A DNA stretch of 64,000 nt from Alphaproteobacteria bacterium (GCA_965228895.1 OZ245842.1:4928001-4992000), one strand, 5' to 3'. Numbered from the stretch's first letter, positions 38,344 through 48,329 are shown. A program made the numbers and translations. The notes: a model not told the origin generated them from the letters alone.

Positions 38344-39468
38344 TTAGCTTTCGCCGAGCGCCATGCGGACCTTGTGCTGGAAATCGTGGACCGCGTGCTC
38401 GCTGATTTCGCTGCGCTCGCCGTCAACGATGAAGCGGCCCTGGCGATAGCCCAGGCTGTGCAGACCCTTCTGCACGCTTTCGCACAGCGGAATATCTTCC
38501 TTCCGGACGACGTCGACGAAGTCGATGACTTCCATTTCATCCTTGGTTGGCGTGTCGCCGGTGAAATAGTACTCGCAGTGCTGGATCGTGGATTCCGGGC
38601 CGGTCGGCTCATGATGGAAGACGGTCAGATTGCCGCCGGGATAGGCCTCGATGCACCAGTTGGGGAACAACATGAAGCTGCCGAACTCCTCCGGTTTGGC
38701 GGCCCCTTCCGTCGACGTCGTATAGCCCTGCGCCTCACCGACGCCGACCGAATAGTGGCTGTGGTGATGCTCGTGGGTCGTGATGCGATAGGAATCGTAG
38801 TCGATCGCGTTTTGCATCAACGTCGGGTGCTGGTTCGGGCAGTGGAAACACTCGCTGTAGTTCTCGACCGAGTTTTTCCAGTTGGCGTTCAGCGCATATT
38901 CGGCGCGGTGGGCGCACTTGAGTTCGGCGGCATGCGGCGAAAAAGCCCGCACCTCGACAGCCAGCGGTCCGGCAACCTCGGAGAGCGGTGGCGCCGAGCC
39001 GTCCAGGTTGACGAAGAGAAAGCCGAGGATGCTGTCGAGCCTGACCGGCTCCAGACAGAACGAGTCGACGTCGAAGGATTCAAGCTTCTCGCTGCCGCGC
39101 GCGCTGCGAAGCGAACCGTCCGTGCCATAGGCCCAGCTGTGATAGGGGCACGTGATGACGCCGCCGACCCGGCCTTCGCCTTCCAAGAGACGATGGGCGC
39201 GGTGCTGACAGACATTGAAGAACGCGCGCAATTCACCCTTGGTATCGCGCAGCACGACGACGCTCTGATCGAAGATATCGCGCACCAGATAGGCGCCTGG
39301 TTTGTCGACCATCGAGACGTGGCCGACATACTGCCAGGTCTTATAGAAGATCGCCTTCTTCTCACGGTCGTAGATCGCGGGATCGAAGTAAAAGGTTCGG
39401 TCGAGCGTCTGCGACCGCTCGGGGTCGACGTTGAAACCGGTGATCTTTTCAGCAGCAAGCGCGGCCAT
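38344..39468 (-). CDS. Rieske non-heme iron oxygenase alpha subunit (CntA/choline monooxygenase-like)
   Basis: CQHRAH...CPYHSW; NWK..VENYSECFHC...H; EDI..CE.VQ.G..S. Confidence 0.9.
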   Translation of the reverse strand: MAALAAEKITGFNVDPERSQTLDRTFYFDPAIYDREKKAIFYKTWQYVGHVSMVDKPGAYLVRDIFDQSVVVLRDTKGELRAFFNVCQHRAHRLLEGEGRVGGVITCPYHSWAYGTDGSLRSARGSEKLESFDVDSFCLEPVRLDSILGFLFVNLDGSAPPLSEVAGPLAVEVRAFSPHAAELKCAHRAEYALNANWKNSVENYSECFHCPNQHPTLMQNAIDYDSYRITTHEHHHSHYSVGVGEAQGYTTSTEGAAKPEEFGSFMLFPNWCIEAYPGGNLTVFHHEPTGPESTIQHCEYYFTGDTPTKDEMEVIDFVDVVRKEDIPLCESVQKGLHSLGYRQGRFIVDGERSEISEHAVHDFQHKVRMALGES

Positions 39469-39551
39469 GATCCAGTCTCCTCACCAGATTGGCGTTTATT
39501 GAATGAGCGTACAATAACCCGCCGAAGCTCGTCAAGCGGCGGAGAGCGCGG

Positions 39552-40760
39552 TTATTCCGCCACCAACTTCACACCCGGGCCCTCCAAAGGGACAAAATCC
39601 AACACGTTCGCCTGGAAGAAGGTGAGCGAGGTTTCACCGCTATCGGCGAGCGCACCGACCTTGAACATCGGCGAATGCAGCGCCTTCTGCTGCTGCTCGC
39701 AGACCCACATGTCCTCGATCTGGAAGTCCAGCGACTCCATGGCCGGACAGCCCAGCGTCTCGATCGAGATGTAGCGTTTGCCGTCGGCCATGATGTGACC
39801 GTGGCCCGACGTGCCCGACGGCCGTGTCGGCGGCTTGGTGGTGTCTTGCTTTTCCTTCGGCATCATCCAGGTGCGGAGCTCCAGGTAACACTGCTCCGGG
39901 CCGACCGGCACGATGGTGTACGCGGAAAAGAAGATCGACGTCGCCAGGATGCCGCTGTTCGGGAAGAGCTGCCACACGACGGGATGACGCCCGGAGGTAT
40001 CGACGCCGGGAATGGGCGTGAAGTGGCTGTCGCTGCGGCTGGGCGATTCGCCGTGGCTGATGAAGACCCAATGGCGGCCGACATCGTCCCAGTCCTGGTC
40101 CTCGACATCCGGGCCCATCAGCGTCTTGTCGTGCAGATAGCTGAGGTGATAGCCGTCCATGGCATTCTCACAGAACGCCTTCCAGTTCGCCATGATGTCG
40201 TAGCGCACCGGCCGCTTCTCCGAGAGCACCGAGATGTCATGCGGCCACATGTGGGTCTTCTGGACACCGGCGCACCAGGCCTCGAAATCCTCGTCCGGCC
40301 GCTCTTGCGGATTGACGAAGACGAGATCGCCGATCTGGCCGATGCCGCCTTTGTGCAGGCCAAGCTGGTCCATCTTGAGGTCGGGGAAGCACAGGTCCTT
40401 CTTCGGCAGGCCGCGCAACGCGCCGTCATCCACGTTGTAGGTCCAGGCGTGATAGGGACAGACAATGCCGTGGCGGCAGTTTGCCTTCGCCTCGAGCATC
40501 TTGGTGCCGCGGTGGCGGCAGGTGTTGTGATAGGCCTTGAGCGAACCGTCCTTAGCGCGGATGACAAACATCGGGTAGCGCCCGATCTGCACCGGATAGG
40601 CGTCGCCCGCCTCGGGCACGTCCTGGGCGACGCAGGCGAAGGTCCAGGCGCGGCTGAAGAGCTCACGCTGCTCGCGCTCGAACCACTCGGGCGCCATGTA
40701 GCAGTCCTTGGGCAGAAGCTGCTCGGCCCGTTTTGGTCTCGGCGGCGTGGTGATCGGCAT
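39552..40760 (-). CDS. Rieske non-heme iron oxygenase alpha subunit (choline monooxygenase-like)
   Basis: CRHRG...CPYHAW; NWK.FCEN.MDGYH...LH; EDMWVCEQQQ. Confidence 0.9.
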   Translation of the reverse strand: MPITTPPRPKRAEQLLPKDCYMAPEWFEREQRELFSRAWTFACVAQDVPEAGDAYPVQIGRYPMFVIRAKDGSLKAYHNTCRHRGTKMLEAKANCRHGIVCPYHAWTYNVDDGALRGLPKKDLCFPDLKMDQLGLHKGGIGQIGDLVFVNPQERPDEDFEAWCAGVQKTHMWPHDISVLSEKRPVRYDIMANWKAFCENAMDGYHLSYLHDKTLMGPDVEDQDWDDVGRHWVFISHGESPSRSDSHFTPIPGVDTSGRHPVVWQLFPNSGILATSIFFSAYTIVPVGPEQCYLELRTWMMPKEKQDTTKPPTRPSGTSGHGHIMADGKRYISIETLGCPAMESLDFQIEDMWVCEQQQKALHSPMFKVGALADSGETSLTFFQANVLDFVPLEGPGVKLVAE

Positions 40761-40875
40761 CCTGGTCCTCCCGACCGGGTGGCGTAGACTTGTCAGGCAA
40801 GTTTACGATGGAACCGGGCCCATCGATCAAGAGCCGTGACATAGTGGCCCGGTGGCGGCCCATAGGGAGCGAGCG

Positions 40876-41820
40876 ATGACTTGGATTAACGAGAAGCTGG
40901 CGAATGGCGGCATCCTGCTGCTGGACGGCGCGGTCGGCACCGAGCTGCAGCGGCGCGGCGTGCCGATGGACGACGATGCGTGGTGCGGCCGCGCCAACCT
41001 CTCCCATCCCGATGCGGTGCGCGCGATGCACCGCGACTACATTGCCGCCGGCGCCGACATCATCACAAGCAACACCTTCGGCACCAACCGTTACACCCTG
41101 GAGCCGGCGGGTCTCGCCGACCGGTTCGAGGAGATCAACCGATCCGCCGTACGCCTGGCGCAGGAGGCGCGCGACGATGCCGGCGGCGACATCGCAATCG
41201 CCGGCTCCATGTCGACCATGCCGGCGCTGGCCCATGTCGATGAAACGCCGTCGGCCGAAGCGGCGGCGGACGACTACCGGCGGCTTGCCGACACTTTGGC
41301 CGAGGGCGGCTGCGACGTGATCCTCTGCGAGATGATGATGACGCCCGACCACGCGGAAGCCTGTGTCGATGCCGCCCGCGCGACCGGCCTGCCGGTTTGG
41401 GTCGGGTTCAGCGTCCACGAAAAGGCGGGCCGCATGATCACCTTTCCGAATGAGCGCAGCATGGAGGGCCCCTCCAGTACGCCGCTGCGCGAGGCGGATA
41501 GAAAACGTCAGCCGTTCATCCCGTTCGCCGAGCGCGTCATGGCCAACGGCGGTGCCGCCGCCGGCATCATGCATTCAGAGGTCGAGGACACGGCGTCAGG
41601 CCTGGATGCGCTGAAGACCGTGTGGTCAGGACCACTGCTGGCCTATGCCCACAGTGGCACGTTCACGCCGCCGGATTGGACGTTCCGCGACATCATCGAG
41701 CCGGAGCCCTATGCCGAAGCGGCCGCCTGTTGGGTCGCCGAGCAAGGCGTCCAGATCGTCGGCGGCTGCTGCGGCCTGACGCCCGACCACATCCGCGCGC
41801 TGAAGGAGCGGCTGAACTAG
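40876..41820 (+). CDS. Homocysteine S-methyltransferase family protein
   Basis: LLDGAVGTEL, H.DYI.AGADII..NTF, IVGGCCG; GGGAG RBS. Confidence 0.88.
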   Translation: MTWINEKLANGGILLLDGAVGTELQRRGVPMDDDAWCGRANLSHPDAVRAMHRDYIAAGADIITSNTFGTNRYTLEPAGLADRFEEINRSAVRLAQEARDDAGGDIAIAGSMSTMPALAHVDETPSAEAAADDYRRLADTLAEGGCDVILCEMMMTPDHAEACVDAARATGLPVWVGFSVHEKAGRMITFPNERSMEGPSSTPLREADRKRQPFIPFAERVMANGGAAAGIMHSEVEDTASGLDALKTVWSGPLLAYAHSGTFTPPDWTFRDIIEPEPYAEAAACWVAEQGVQIVGGCCGLTPDHIRALKERLN

Positions 41821-41856
41821 GGTGTCACCGTTTAGCCGGCACCGATGCCGCGGCGA

Positions 41857-42114
41857 TTACGCCAGAATCGTGAGGTCGTCGACCGCGAGGCGGCCGTTAT
41901 CCATGGCCCAGGTCAGGCTCACGGTCTGACCGGGCTGGACCAGCGGAGCCTTCAGTCCCTTGACGAGGTGGTAGATGACGCCGGTATCAAGGGTCAGGGT
42001 GCCAGCCTTGGTGTCGACGGCCGCCACGGTTCCGGTTTCCGTCTCGCCGGCATAGGTCCACGATGACACCGCCAGTGCGGCCGAACAGGCGGACGGAAGA
42101 ACGAGCTCACGCAT
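41857..42114 (-). CDS. DUF1344-like small exported OB-fold protein
   Basis: Signal peptide then GTVAAVD...TLTLD.G..Y.L...PGQTV.L.W. Confidence 0.7.
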   Translation of the reverse strand: MRELVLPSACSAALAVSSWTYAGETETGTVAAVDTKAGTLTLDTGVIYHLVKGLKAPLVQPGQTVSLTWAMDNGRLAVDDLTILA

Positions 42115-42284
42115 GGTCTTTTCAATCCTTGCTGCGCATCGGCGGTTTTTTGGCCCGCCTGATGACGATCGGTTAGGCGCTGAAGCAGGCTCCCAAAGCC
42201 TGCCGCTTCAAGCGTCCTATCTGGTACCGAAAAGCCGCCGGTCAATCGTCTGCAACAAGGTCATTTCGTGGCAATCCAGCGGAT

Positions 42285-43352
42285 TCACGCAACCCTGCCA
42301 TGCTTCCTGAGCGCGAGGCCAGCCGCCAAGTACATGATGATGTAGACGATGACGCGATAGACCACAGCGCTGCCCGGCGGGATGCAGATGAAGCTCATGC
42401 CGGTCAGGCCGCGCCGCCCGATCTCGTGCGCGATACGGATGACCTCGTAATCGGTCATGCCGACCGGTTCGGCGAGCTCGCCCAGGATGTCGCCGGGCGC
42501 CGGCCCGGCGCCGCCGATGCAGTCCATGTCGAAGTGGATGTACTGACCTTTGGTGCCGTCATAGGCCTGGTCGAGCGCCTTCACCAAACCTTCGATACCG
42601 AGGCCGGACCGGAGCTCCCACGAACTGATGAAACGTGCGCCGTCGTTCAAATAACGCCGGACGATGCGCTTGTCCTCCAGCATGCCGCGCTCGCCGATCT
42701 CGACCAGATGTTTGGGATGCATGTTGTCGAGGAACTCATACATCTTGTGCTTCCACGACGACGAACCGGCGATGCGCGGGTCGCCGGTCAGATAATCCAA
42801 CTCATGCGCGTCCCAGTGGGTGTCGAGGCTGATGCAGCCGACCGCACCGTCAGTGTGCTCGGCGACCGGTTTGGCGATGGCGAAGCTGCCGCACGGGCTG
42901 TTCTGACCGATGACGATGGGCACGGCGCCCGCATCCAGCGCATCGTTGACCTTGGCCTCGACTGCGGCCTGGGCGGCAAGAATGTTTTCCGCCGTTGGTG
43001 TTTCCATGGATTCGGGCGGGATGTCGGCGTCGCCGTAGTCGACCAGCTTGATCGTCTCGAAGACGTCGAGATCGAAGTCCTGGATGTAGGCAGAAGGATA
43101 ACGCGCCGACTGCTGGCGCACCCGTTTCGGCGCGGCGATCCAGTCTTCCATCGGCACGCCTGCATACATGCCGCCCGACGCCGCGACATAGGGTGCGCCG
43201 ATCACGGCAATATCCGCGCCCTTCAGGTCGGCCGGTGTCTTGGCAACCGGCTGGCTCATGAAACTCGGTGTCTCCGGCGCCAACATCGGGTAGTCGCGCC
43301 CGGCGGCGAAGCTCGTTGAGGTAAAGGTCTCCCAGTCCGGATAGCTACTCAT
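42285..43352 (-). CDS. Arginase/agmatinase (ureohydrolase) family protein with atypical metal ligands
   Basis: TPSFM..P, DIAVIGAPY, P..VR..S, VDYGD, LDTHWD, EIGERG, HFDMD; start MSSYPD overlaps the MarR stop. Confidence 0.85.
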   Translation of the reverse strand: MSSYPDWETFTSTSFAAGRDYPMLAPETPSFMSQPVAKTPADLKGADIAVIGAPYVAASGGMYAGVPMEDWIAAPKRVRQQSARYPSAYIQDFDLDVFETIKLVDYGDADIPPESMETPTAENILAAQAAVEAKVNDALDAGAVPIVIGQNSPCGSFAIAKPVAEHTDGAVGCISLDTHWDAHELDYLTGDPRIAGSSSWKHKMYEFLDNMHPKHLVEIGERGMLEDKRIVRRYLNDGARFISSWELRSGLGIEGLVKALDQAYDGTKGQYIHFDMDCIGGAGPAPGDILGELAEPVGMTDYEVIRIAHEIGRRGLTGMSFICIPPGSAVVYRVIVYIIMYLAAGLALRKHGRVA

Positions 43353-43881
43353 CGTCGTCGTCCTTCCCTTCGAAGCCCAACAGCGGGCAATTGCGCCTGC
43401 GGCAATTGTGGCGATCGCATAACCGGCACACGTGATCTGCCGTCTCACCGTCATTGGTCAATTCCGGCAACAGACGCCCAAGCAACGCCAGCAACAAGCG
43501 TCGTTCATGTTTGGCAAGATCACCCGTCACGTTCTCCAACGCGGCAATCCGCGCCGCAAGCAGACGATCACGACATTCTTCGCCGAAGGCGGTCAAGAAG
43601 AGCGCGAGCTCACGCTTGTCACGACCGTCACGCCGGACGACGTGACCGGCGGTCTGCAGACGGTCGACCAGTCTGACCGTCGCCGACTGCGACAAACCCA
43701 ACTGGCGCTCCAGCGCGCGCACGGTGATGCCGGGCGTCGCGCCCAGGATGACCAGCGCGGTGTTGTCGGATTGACCCAAGCCTGAAGCCTCGGTCATCGC
43801 CGTCTCGATCCGTTCGTCGAGCGCTGTTGCCAATGCGCCCAACCGGTTGGCGACGACCTGGCGCATACGTGGTTTTGCCAC
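43345..43881 (-). CDS. MarR family regulator with Cys-rich C-terminus
   Basis: LGLSQSATVRLVDRL...GRDKR....LT..G; CRLCD...C....CP; GTG start behind GGGAGGGG. Confidence 0.88.
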   Translation of the reverse strand: MAKPRMRQVVANRLGALATALDERIETAMTEASGLGQSDNTALVILGATPGITVRALERQLGLSQSATVRLVDRLQTAGHVVRRDGRDKRELALFLTAFGEECRDRLLAARIAALENVTGDLAKHERRLLLALLGRLLPELTNDGETADHVCRLCDRHNCRRRNCPLLGFEGKDDDDE

Positions 43882-44048
43882 TGTCCCCTCCCCTTTCTTC
43901 GTTGGGGAAAGCCTACACCACAATGTATGCGACATGCAGCCAACCTGCATACGGCGGCTGTGACGCATCACGGCCGCGCACGCAACGACCCAACACATAC
44001 ATGGCGGCGCTTGATAGACTTCGGTGCAACGCGAACGGGAGGAACGAC

Positions 44049-45578
44049 ATGGCGAGCAAGTTGATCAAAGGGAAATGGGTTATCACCGACGCAATGAGCC
44101 CGGCGATCTCCGACGGCGCCGTGCTGGTCGAGGGCGAGAGGATTGCCGCGACGGGTTCGTTTGCGGAAGTCTCAGCCGCCTGTCCCGATGCCGAGGTCAT
44201 CGGTTCCGACAACCATGCGGTGATGCCGGGCCTGATCAACGCCCACCACCATCACGGCGGCATCACCGGTATTCAGCACGGCGTGCCCGACATGCTGCTG
44301 GAAAGCTGGATCCGCGCGCTGGACGCCGGCCGGCCCGGCGACGAACGCCTTGACGTCTTGTTGGCATGCGCGCGTCTGCTGCGGTCCGGCGTCACCAGCG
44401 TTGTCGACATGGCGTCAGGGCGCGGCACGCCGGAGGCCTGGCGTGACACGATGACACGTGCGCTCGACGCCTATCGTCAATCCGGCATACGCGCGGCCTT
44501 TGCGCCCGGCGCCAACGATCAGGGCTGGCTCGGCGTCGGACCCGGCGCCTGTGACGAAGAGTTTCTGAAAACCCTGCCGGGCGATCTGGCCGAAGCCGTG
44601 CGGCCGGAGCTGCCCAACAAATCGTCCATCACGCCGGGCGACTATCTGGCCATCATGGACGAGCTTATCGCTGGGGCCGACGACGATGACCGGGTCACCG
44701 TTTGGTATGGTCCGCCGGGCGTGCCATGGATCACCGATCGTTTCTATGGCGAGATCGCCGACGCGGCACGGCGTCACAATACCGGCCTGCAGACGCATGT
44801 TTCGGAGTCCTATTACGAAGGCCTGATGGGGCCGAAGTTTCACGACGCGCCGATGATGCAGCACCTGCACGAGCAGGGCGTCAGCGGGCCGAACGTGTCG
44901 ATCGCCCACGGCGTGTGGATCACCGAAGACGAGATGGCGCTGATGGCGGAAACCGGCACGGCGGTCAGCCACAACCCCAGCTCGAACCTGCGCCTGCGCG
45001 CCGGCACGGCGCCGCTCAACGCCTATCTCGCCGCCGGCGTGACAACCGGCCTGGGTCTCGACAACACGGCGATCGGCGACGACGACGACATGTTTGCGGA
45101 AATGCGGTTGGCGCTGCGCCTGGCGCGCAGCCCGACCTATCACGAGCCGGCGCCGGCGAACGCGGATGTGCTGGCGCTCGCCACGACAGGCGGCGCCAAG
45201 CTGATGCGGAGGGACCACGAACTCGGCCGCCTGGCGGACGGCTATCTGGCCGACATCGTGCTGGTGCGCCTTGACCGCATCACCTGGCCGTGGGTCGCGC
45301 CGGAGGCCGATCCGCGCGAGCTCGTCCTGCTGCGCGCCCGCGCCGACGATGTCGACAAGGTCCTGATCTCAGGCGAGCTGGTGCTCGACGACGGCCGCCC
45401 GACACGCTTCGATATCGACGAGATCGGCCAAGAGGCCGCCGCGCTGATGGCCAAGACCGCCTATCCCGACGATGCCGCGCGGATCGCCGCGGCACTCATT
45501 CCGCACATCGAGGCCTGGTACGGCGGTTGGGACCACAAGGAACGCGTTGCCTATCAACCGATGAACTCTCGGGTCTAG
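44049..45578 (+). CDS. Metal-dependent amidohydrolase (SsnA/AtzA/MTA-SAH deaminase-like)
   Basis: PGLINAHHH, THVSE, AHGVW, HNPSSNLRL, GLGLD, G.LA.G..AD. Confidence 0.9.
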   Translation: MASKLIKGKWVITDAMSPAISDGAVLVEGERIAATGSFAEVSAACPDAEVIGSDNHAVMPGLINAHHHHGGITGIQHGVPDMLLESWIRALDAGRPGDERLDVLLACARLLRSGVTSVVDMASGRGTPEAWRDTMTRALDAYRQSGIRAAFAPGANDQGWLGVGPGACDEEFLKTLPGDLAEAVRPELPNKSSITPGDYLAIMDELIAGADDDDRVTVWYGPPGVPWITDRFYGEIADAARRHNTGLQTHVSESYYEGLMGPKFHDAPMMQHLHEQGVSGPNVSIAHGVWITEDEMALMAETGTAVSHNPSSNLRLRAGTAPLNAYLAAGVTTGLGLDNTAIGDDDDMFAEMRLALRLARSPTYHEPAPANADVLALATTGGAKLMRRDHELGRLADGYLADIVLVRLDRITWPWVAPEADPRELVLLRARADDVDKVLISGELVLDDGRPTRFDIDEIGQEAAALMAKTAYPDDAARIAAALIPHIEAWYGGWDHKERVAYQPMNSRV

Positions 45579-45599
45579 CGCGAAGCCGCCGCAACAACA

Positions 45600-45763
45600 C
45601 CCTCTCCCCTTGAGGGAGAGGGTTGCGCAGGGTTGGGTCCGGACAATGTCCGGACCTTAGCCGGAGCTGGGTGAGGGGATTCTGCTAGCCGCCACCAACA
45701 CGCTCTCTTATTGCGCTGACCCGCAACCCCCTCACCCCATCCCTCTCCCTCAAGGGGAGAGGG
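45600..45763. repeat. CCCTCTCCC-type palindromic element (MITE/REP-like) with 23-bp terminal inverted repeats
   Basis: CCCTCTCCCCTTGAGGGAGAGGG(45600-45622) is the exact reverse complement of 45741-45763; inner pair GGGTGAGGGG/CCCCTCACCC; between convergent genes. Confidence 0.85.
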
Positions 45764-45779
45764 AGAATTAGCGGCGGCC

Positions 45780-47165
45780 TTAACGCCCCCGAGTCAGGCG
45801 CCAGGTCTTCAGATGGAAGCGCCAAATCAGCAGGAGCGCCGAGACGCCGAGACCGAGCGCGAGGCCCCACCACAGGCCCTGCGGTCCCCAGCCGGCGACG
45901 AAACCCAGGAGATAACCGCCGGTGACACCAAAACCCCACAGGCCGAAGCAGGCGAGCAGCATGGGCACCAGCGTGTCCTTCAGGCCGCGCAGCGACTGGA
46001 CAGCGATCATCTGTAGGCCGTCGAAGATCTGGAAGATGGCGGCGACCGTGAACAAGCTGATGGCGAGTGCCGCGACATCGGTGTCCGCGTATTCCAGTGC
46101 ACCCAGGAACAGGCCGACGATCGGTTCCGGTATCGTCCAGACGACAGCGGCGGCAATCAGGATGATGACCGATCCCATGGCAAGCGCCAGGAAACCCGCG
46201 TTGCGCGACTGCTGCGGCTGACCGGCGCCGATGCCGTAGGCAACGCGGATCGCCGCTGCCTCGCCCAGCGCAAAGGCAAGCACCAAGCCGATATCGATAA
46301 TGCCGAAGACGATCTGGCTCGCCGCCAGCGCCACCGCGCCGAACAGACCCATCAGGATAGCGACGACCGAAAACATGCCGCTCTCCGCAAAGGTAATCCC
46401 GGCAATCGGCAGACCGTGGCGCAGGATGTCACCCCACACCTTGGGTTCCGGGCGCTGCAGACCGGGAAAGATCATGTAGTCCTGGATCGCCTTCGACCAG
46501 CGGACGTAGCCCGACAGGCAGGCGAGCGTGAAGAAACTCACGATGACGCTGCCATAGCCGGCACCCGCCACGCCGAGTGCCGGAAATCCGAAGTTGCCGA
46601 ACACAAGCGTGTAGTTGACCAGCATGTTGAGGCCAACCGCGAGGATGGCAACGACCATGATGACGTGGGCGCGCCCGAGCGCCGCCAGGAAGTTGGCGAG
46701 CACGGCGTAGATCATGGTCGGCGGGAACGACCACATGAACGCATAAACGTAGTCTTCCGCCGACGCCATGACCGCCGGATCCTGGCCGGTCAGCGTCAGC
46801 ACCGGCACCAGGGCCAGGCAGAAACCGATGCCAACCACCGACATCATGGCCGCCATCCACATGCCCTGACGCACGCACAGGCTGACCTCTGCCTTGTCGC
46901 CTTTGCCATGAGCCTGGGCGACGAGAACGCCGACGATGGAGATGACGCCGATCGAGACCGACAGCGCGTCCCACATCAGGTTGCCGGAAAGGCCAACCGC
47001 TGCCAGTTCCACCGTGCCCAGGCGTCCGACAAACATCATGTCGGTGAGATAGATGCCGAACTCGGCCAGATACGCTGCCGCCAGCGGCGCGGCGATGGCG
47101 ATCAGCGTGCCGATTTCACGCCGCTTGGTGTGCTTGCGCGGCGCGGAGGACGGTGCAGTGGTCAT
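45780..47165 (-). CDS. MATE family efflux transporter (NorM-like)
   Basis: DMMFVGRLG..ELAAVG, FGNFGFPALGVAGAG, QIFDGLQ, LRGLKDT, GLWWGL; start MTTAPS. Confidence 0.9.
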   Translation of the reverse strand: MTTAPSSAPRKHTKRREIGTLIAIAAPLAAAYLAEFGIYLTDMMFVGRLGTVELAAVGLSGNLMWDALSVSIGVISIVGVLVAQAHGKGDKAEVSLCVRQGMWMAAMMSVVGIGFCLALVPVLTLTGQDPAVMASAEDYVYAFMWSFPPTMIYAVLANFLAALGRAHVIMVVAILAVGLNMLVNYTLVFGNFGFPALGVAGAGYGSVIVSFFTLACLSGYVRWSKAIQDYMIFPGLQRPEPKVWGDILRHGLPIAGITFAESGMFSVVAILMGLFGAVALAASQIVFGIIDIGLVLAFALGEAAAIRVAYGIGAGQPQQSRNAGFLALAMGSVIILIAAAVVWTIPEPIVGLFLGALEYADTDVAALAISLFTVAAIFQIFDGLQMIAVQSLRGLKDTLVPMLLACFGLWGFGVTGGYLLGFVAGWGPQGLWWGLALGLGVSALLLIWRFHLKTWRLTRGR

Positions 47166-47360
47166 CGCAAAACCGCCGGCCCGGCAACAGGCGCCCTGTT
47201 CCGCACGCCCAACATGTACTCCATGATCTCGACCCCCTGGCCACCCGGCGGCGGCGGGGCGGATTATGGGCTCAGCCCGGTGCCCATCGCAAGGTCGCCC
47301 TATTCGCGATCCATCCTTGGGGGACTTGCGATGACCGGCAAAACAACCTAGGTCCAAACA

Positions 47361-48329
47361 ATGGTTCTGAGCTTTGCCGCACGCCGCATCCGTTATCTCG
47401 CCTTGGCTGGCGTGATAACCGTGTGCCTGGGGTGGATTGCACCGGCGGCAGCCGATATCGAGGCCGATATCAACGCCGCATTCGCCGCCGCCGAGGCCGG
47501 TGACATCACAGGTGCCCACGAAAAGCTGACCGCGATCATCCGCGCCGGCGAACTGCCGCCCGAACGGCTTGCCATCATGTATTTCAACCGTGGTGTCGCG
47601 CGTCAGCTATTGGGCCGGCTGGGCGACGCGGTCGATGACTTCGACCAGGCGATTGCGCTGGCGCCGGCCTATGCGGACGCCCTCTATAATCGCGGCGAGA
47701 CGTTGCTGGTCTTGGGCCAGCCGGAAGCCGCGTTCGGCGACTTCGAGCGTGTTCTGCTGCTGCAGCCCAACGCCTTGGACGCCCGGGTATCGCGCGCCGA
47801 CGCCCTGTTCGCCATGGGCCAGCCCAAGGAAGCGCTCGATGCCTATACCGAGGCGCTGGAGTATGACCCCACGCTTGTCTACGCCTATGTCGGGCGCGCC
47901 CGCGCCTGGCGTTCGGTCGGCAACCTGTCGCGCGCCGTGGTCGATTACATCGCCGCCTTGAACATCACGCCCGGCGACCCCGACCTTCTGGCTGAGCGCG
48001 GCACCGTTCTGGCCGAACTCGGCGACCATGAAAGCGCGCTCAGCGATTTCAACCGCGTGCTGGCAATCTACCCCGACCAGGCCGGCGCACTTTATGGCCG
48101 CGGTGTCGTCTATGGTCAGCAGGGCAGCTACGAGCTGGCGCTCGCCGACTTCAACTATCTGATCGAGATCGCACCGGAACTGGGCGACGCCTATTTCATG
48201 CGCGGCATGGCGCGGCTCGCCATGGGCGATGAGGCCGGTGCCGAGGACGACTTCATGAGCGCCTATGCCAACGGCGCGCAGAACGATCGTCTGGATGCGA
48301 TCCTCAGGGAACGCGGCATCATCGAGTGA
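47361..48329 (+). CDS. Exported TPR-repeat protein
   Basis: Signal peptide; repeated YFNRG/YNRG/YVGRA/ERG/YGRG/YFMRG TPR units. Confidence 0.88.
   Translation: MVLSFAARRIRYLALAGVITVCLGWIAPAAADIEADINAAFAAAEAGDITGAHEKLTAIIRAGELPPERLAIMYFNRGVARQLLGRLGDAVDDFDQAIALAPAYADALYNRGETLLVLGQPEAAFGDFERVLLLQPNALDARVSRADALFAMGQPKEALDAYTEALEYDPTLVYAYVGRARAWRSVGNLSRAVVDYIAALNITPGDPDLLAERGTVLAELGDHESALSDFNRVLAIYPDQAGALYGRGVVYGQQGSYELALADFNYLIEIAPELGDAYFMRGMARLAMGDEAGAEDDFMSAYANGAQNDRLDAILRERGIIE

Noticed and set aside
43954-43977. Hairpin near the ureohydrolase locus as a guanidine-II riboswitch
   Set aside because: The loop is CGCA, not ACGR, and there is no second matching hairpin
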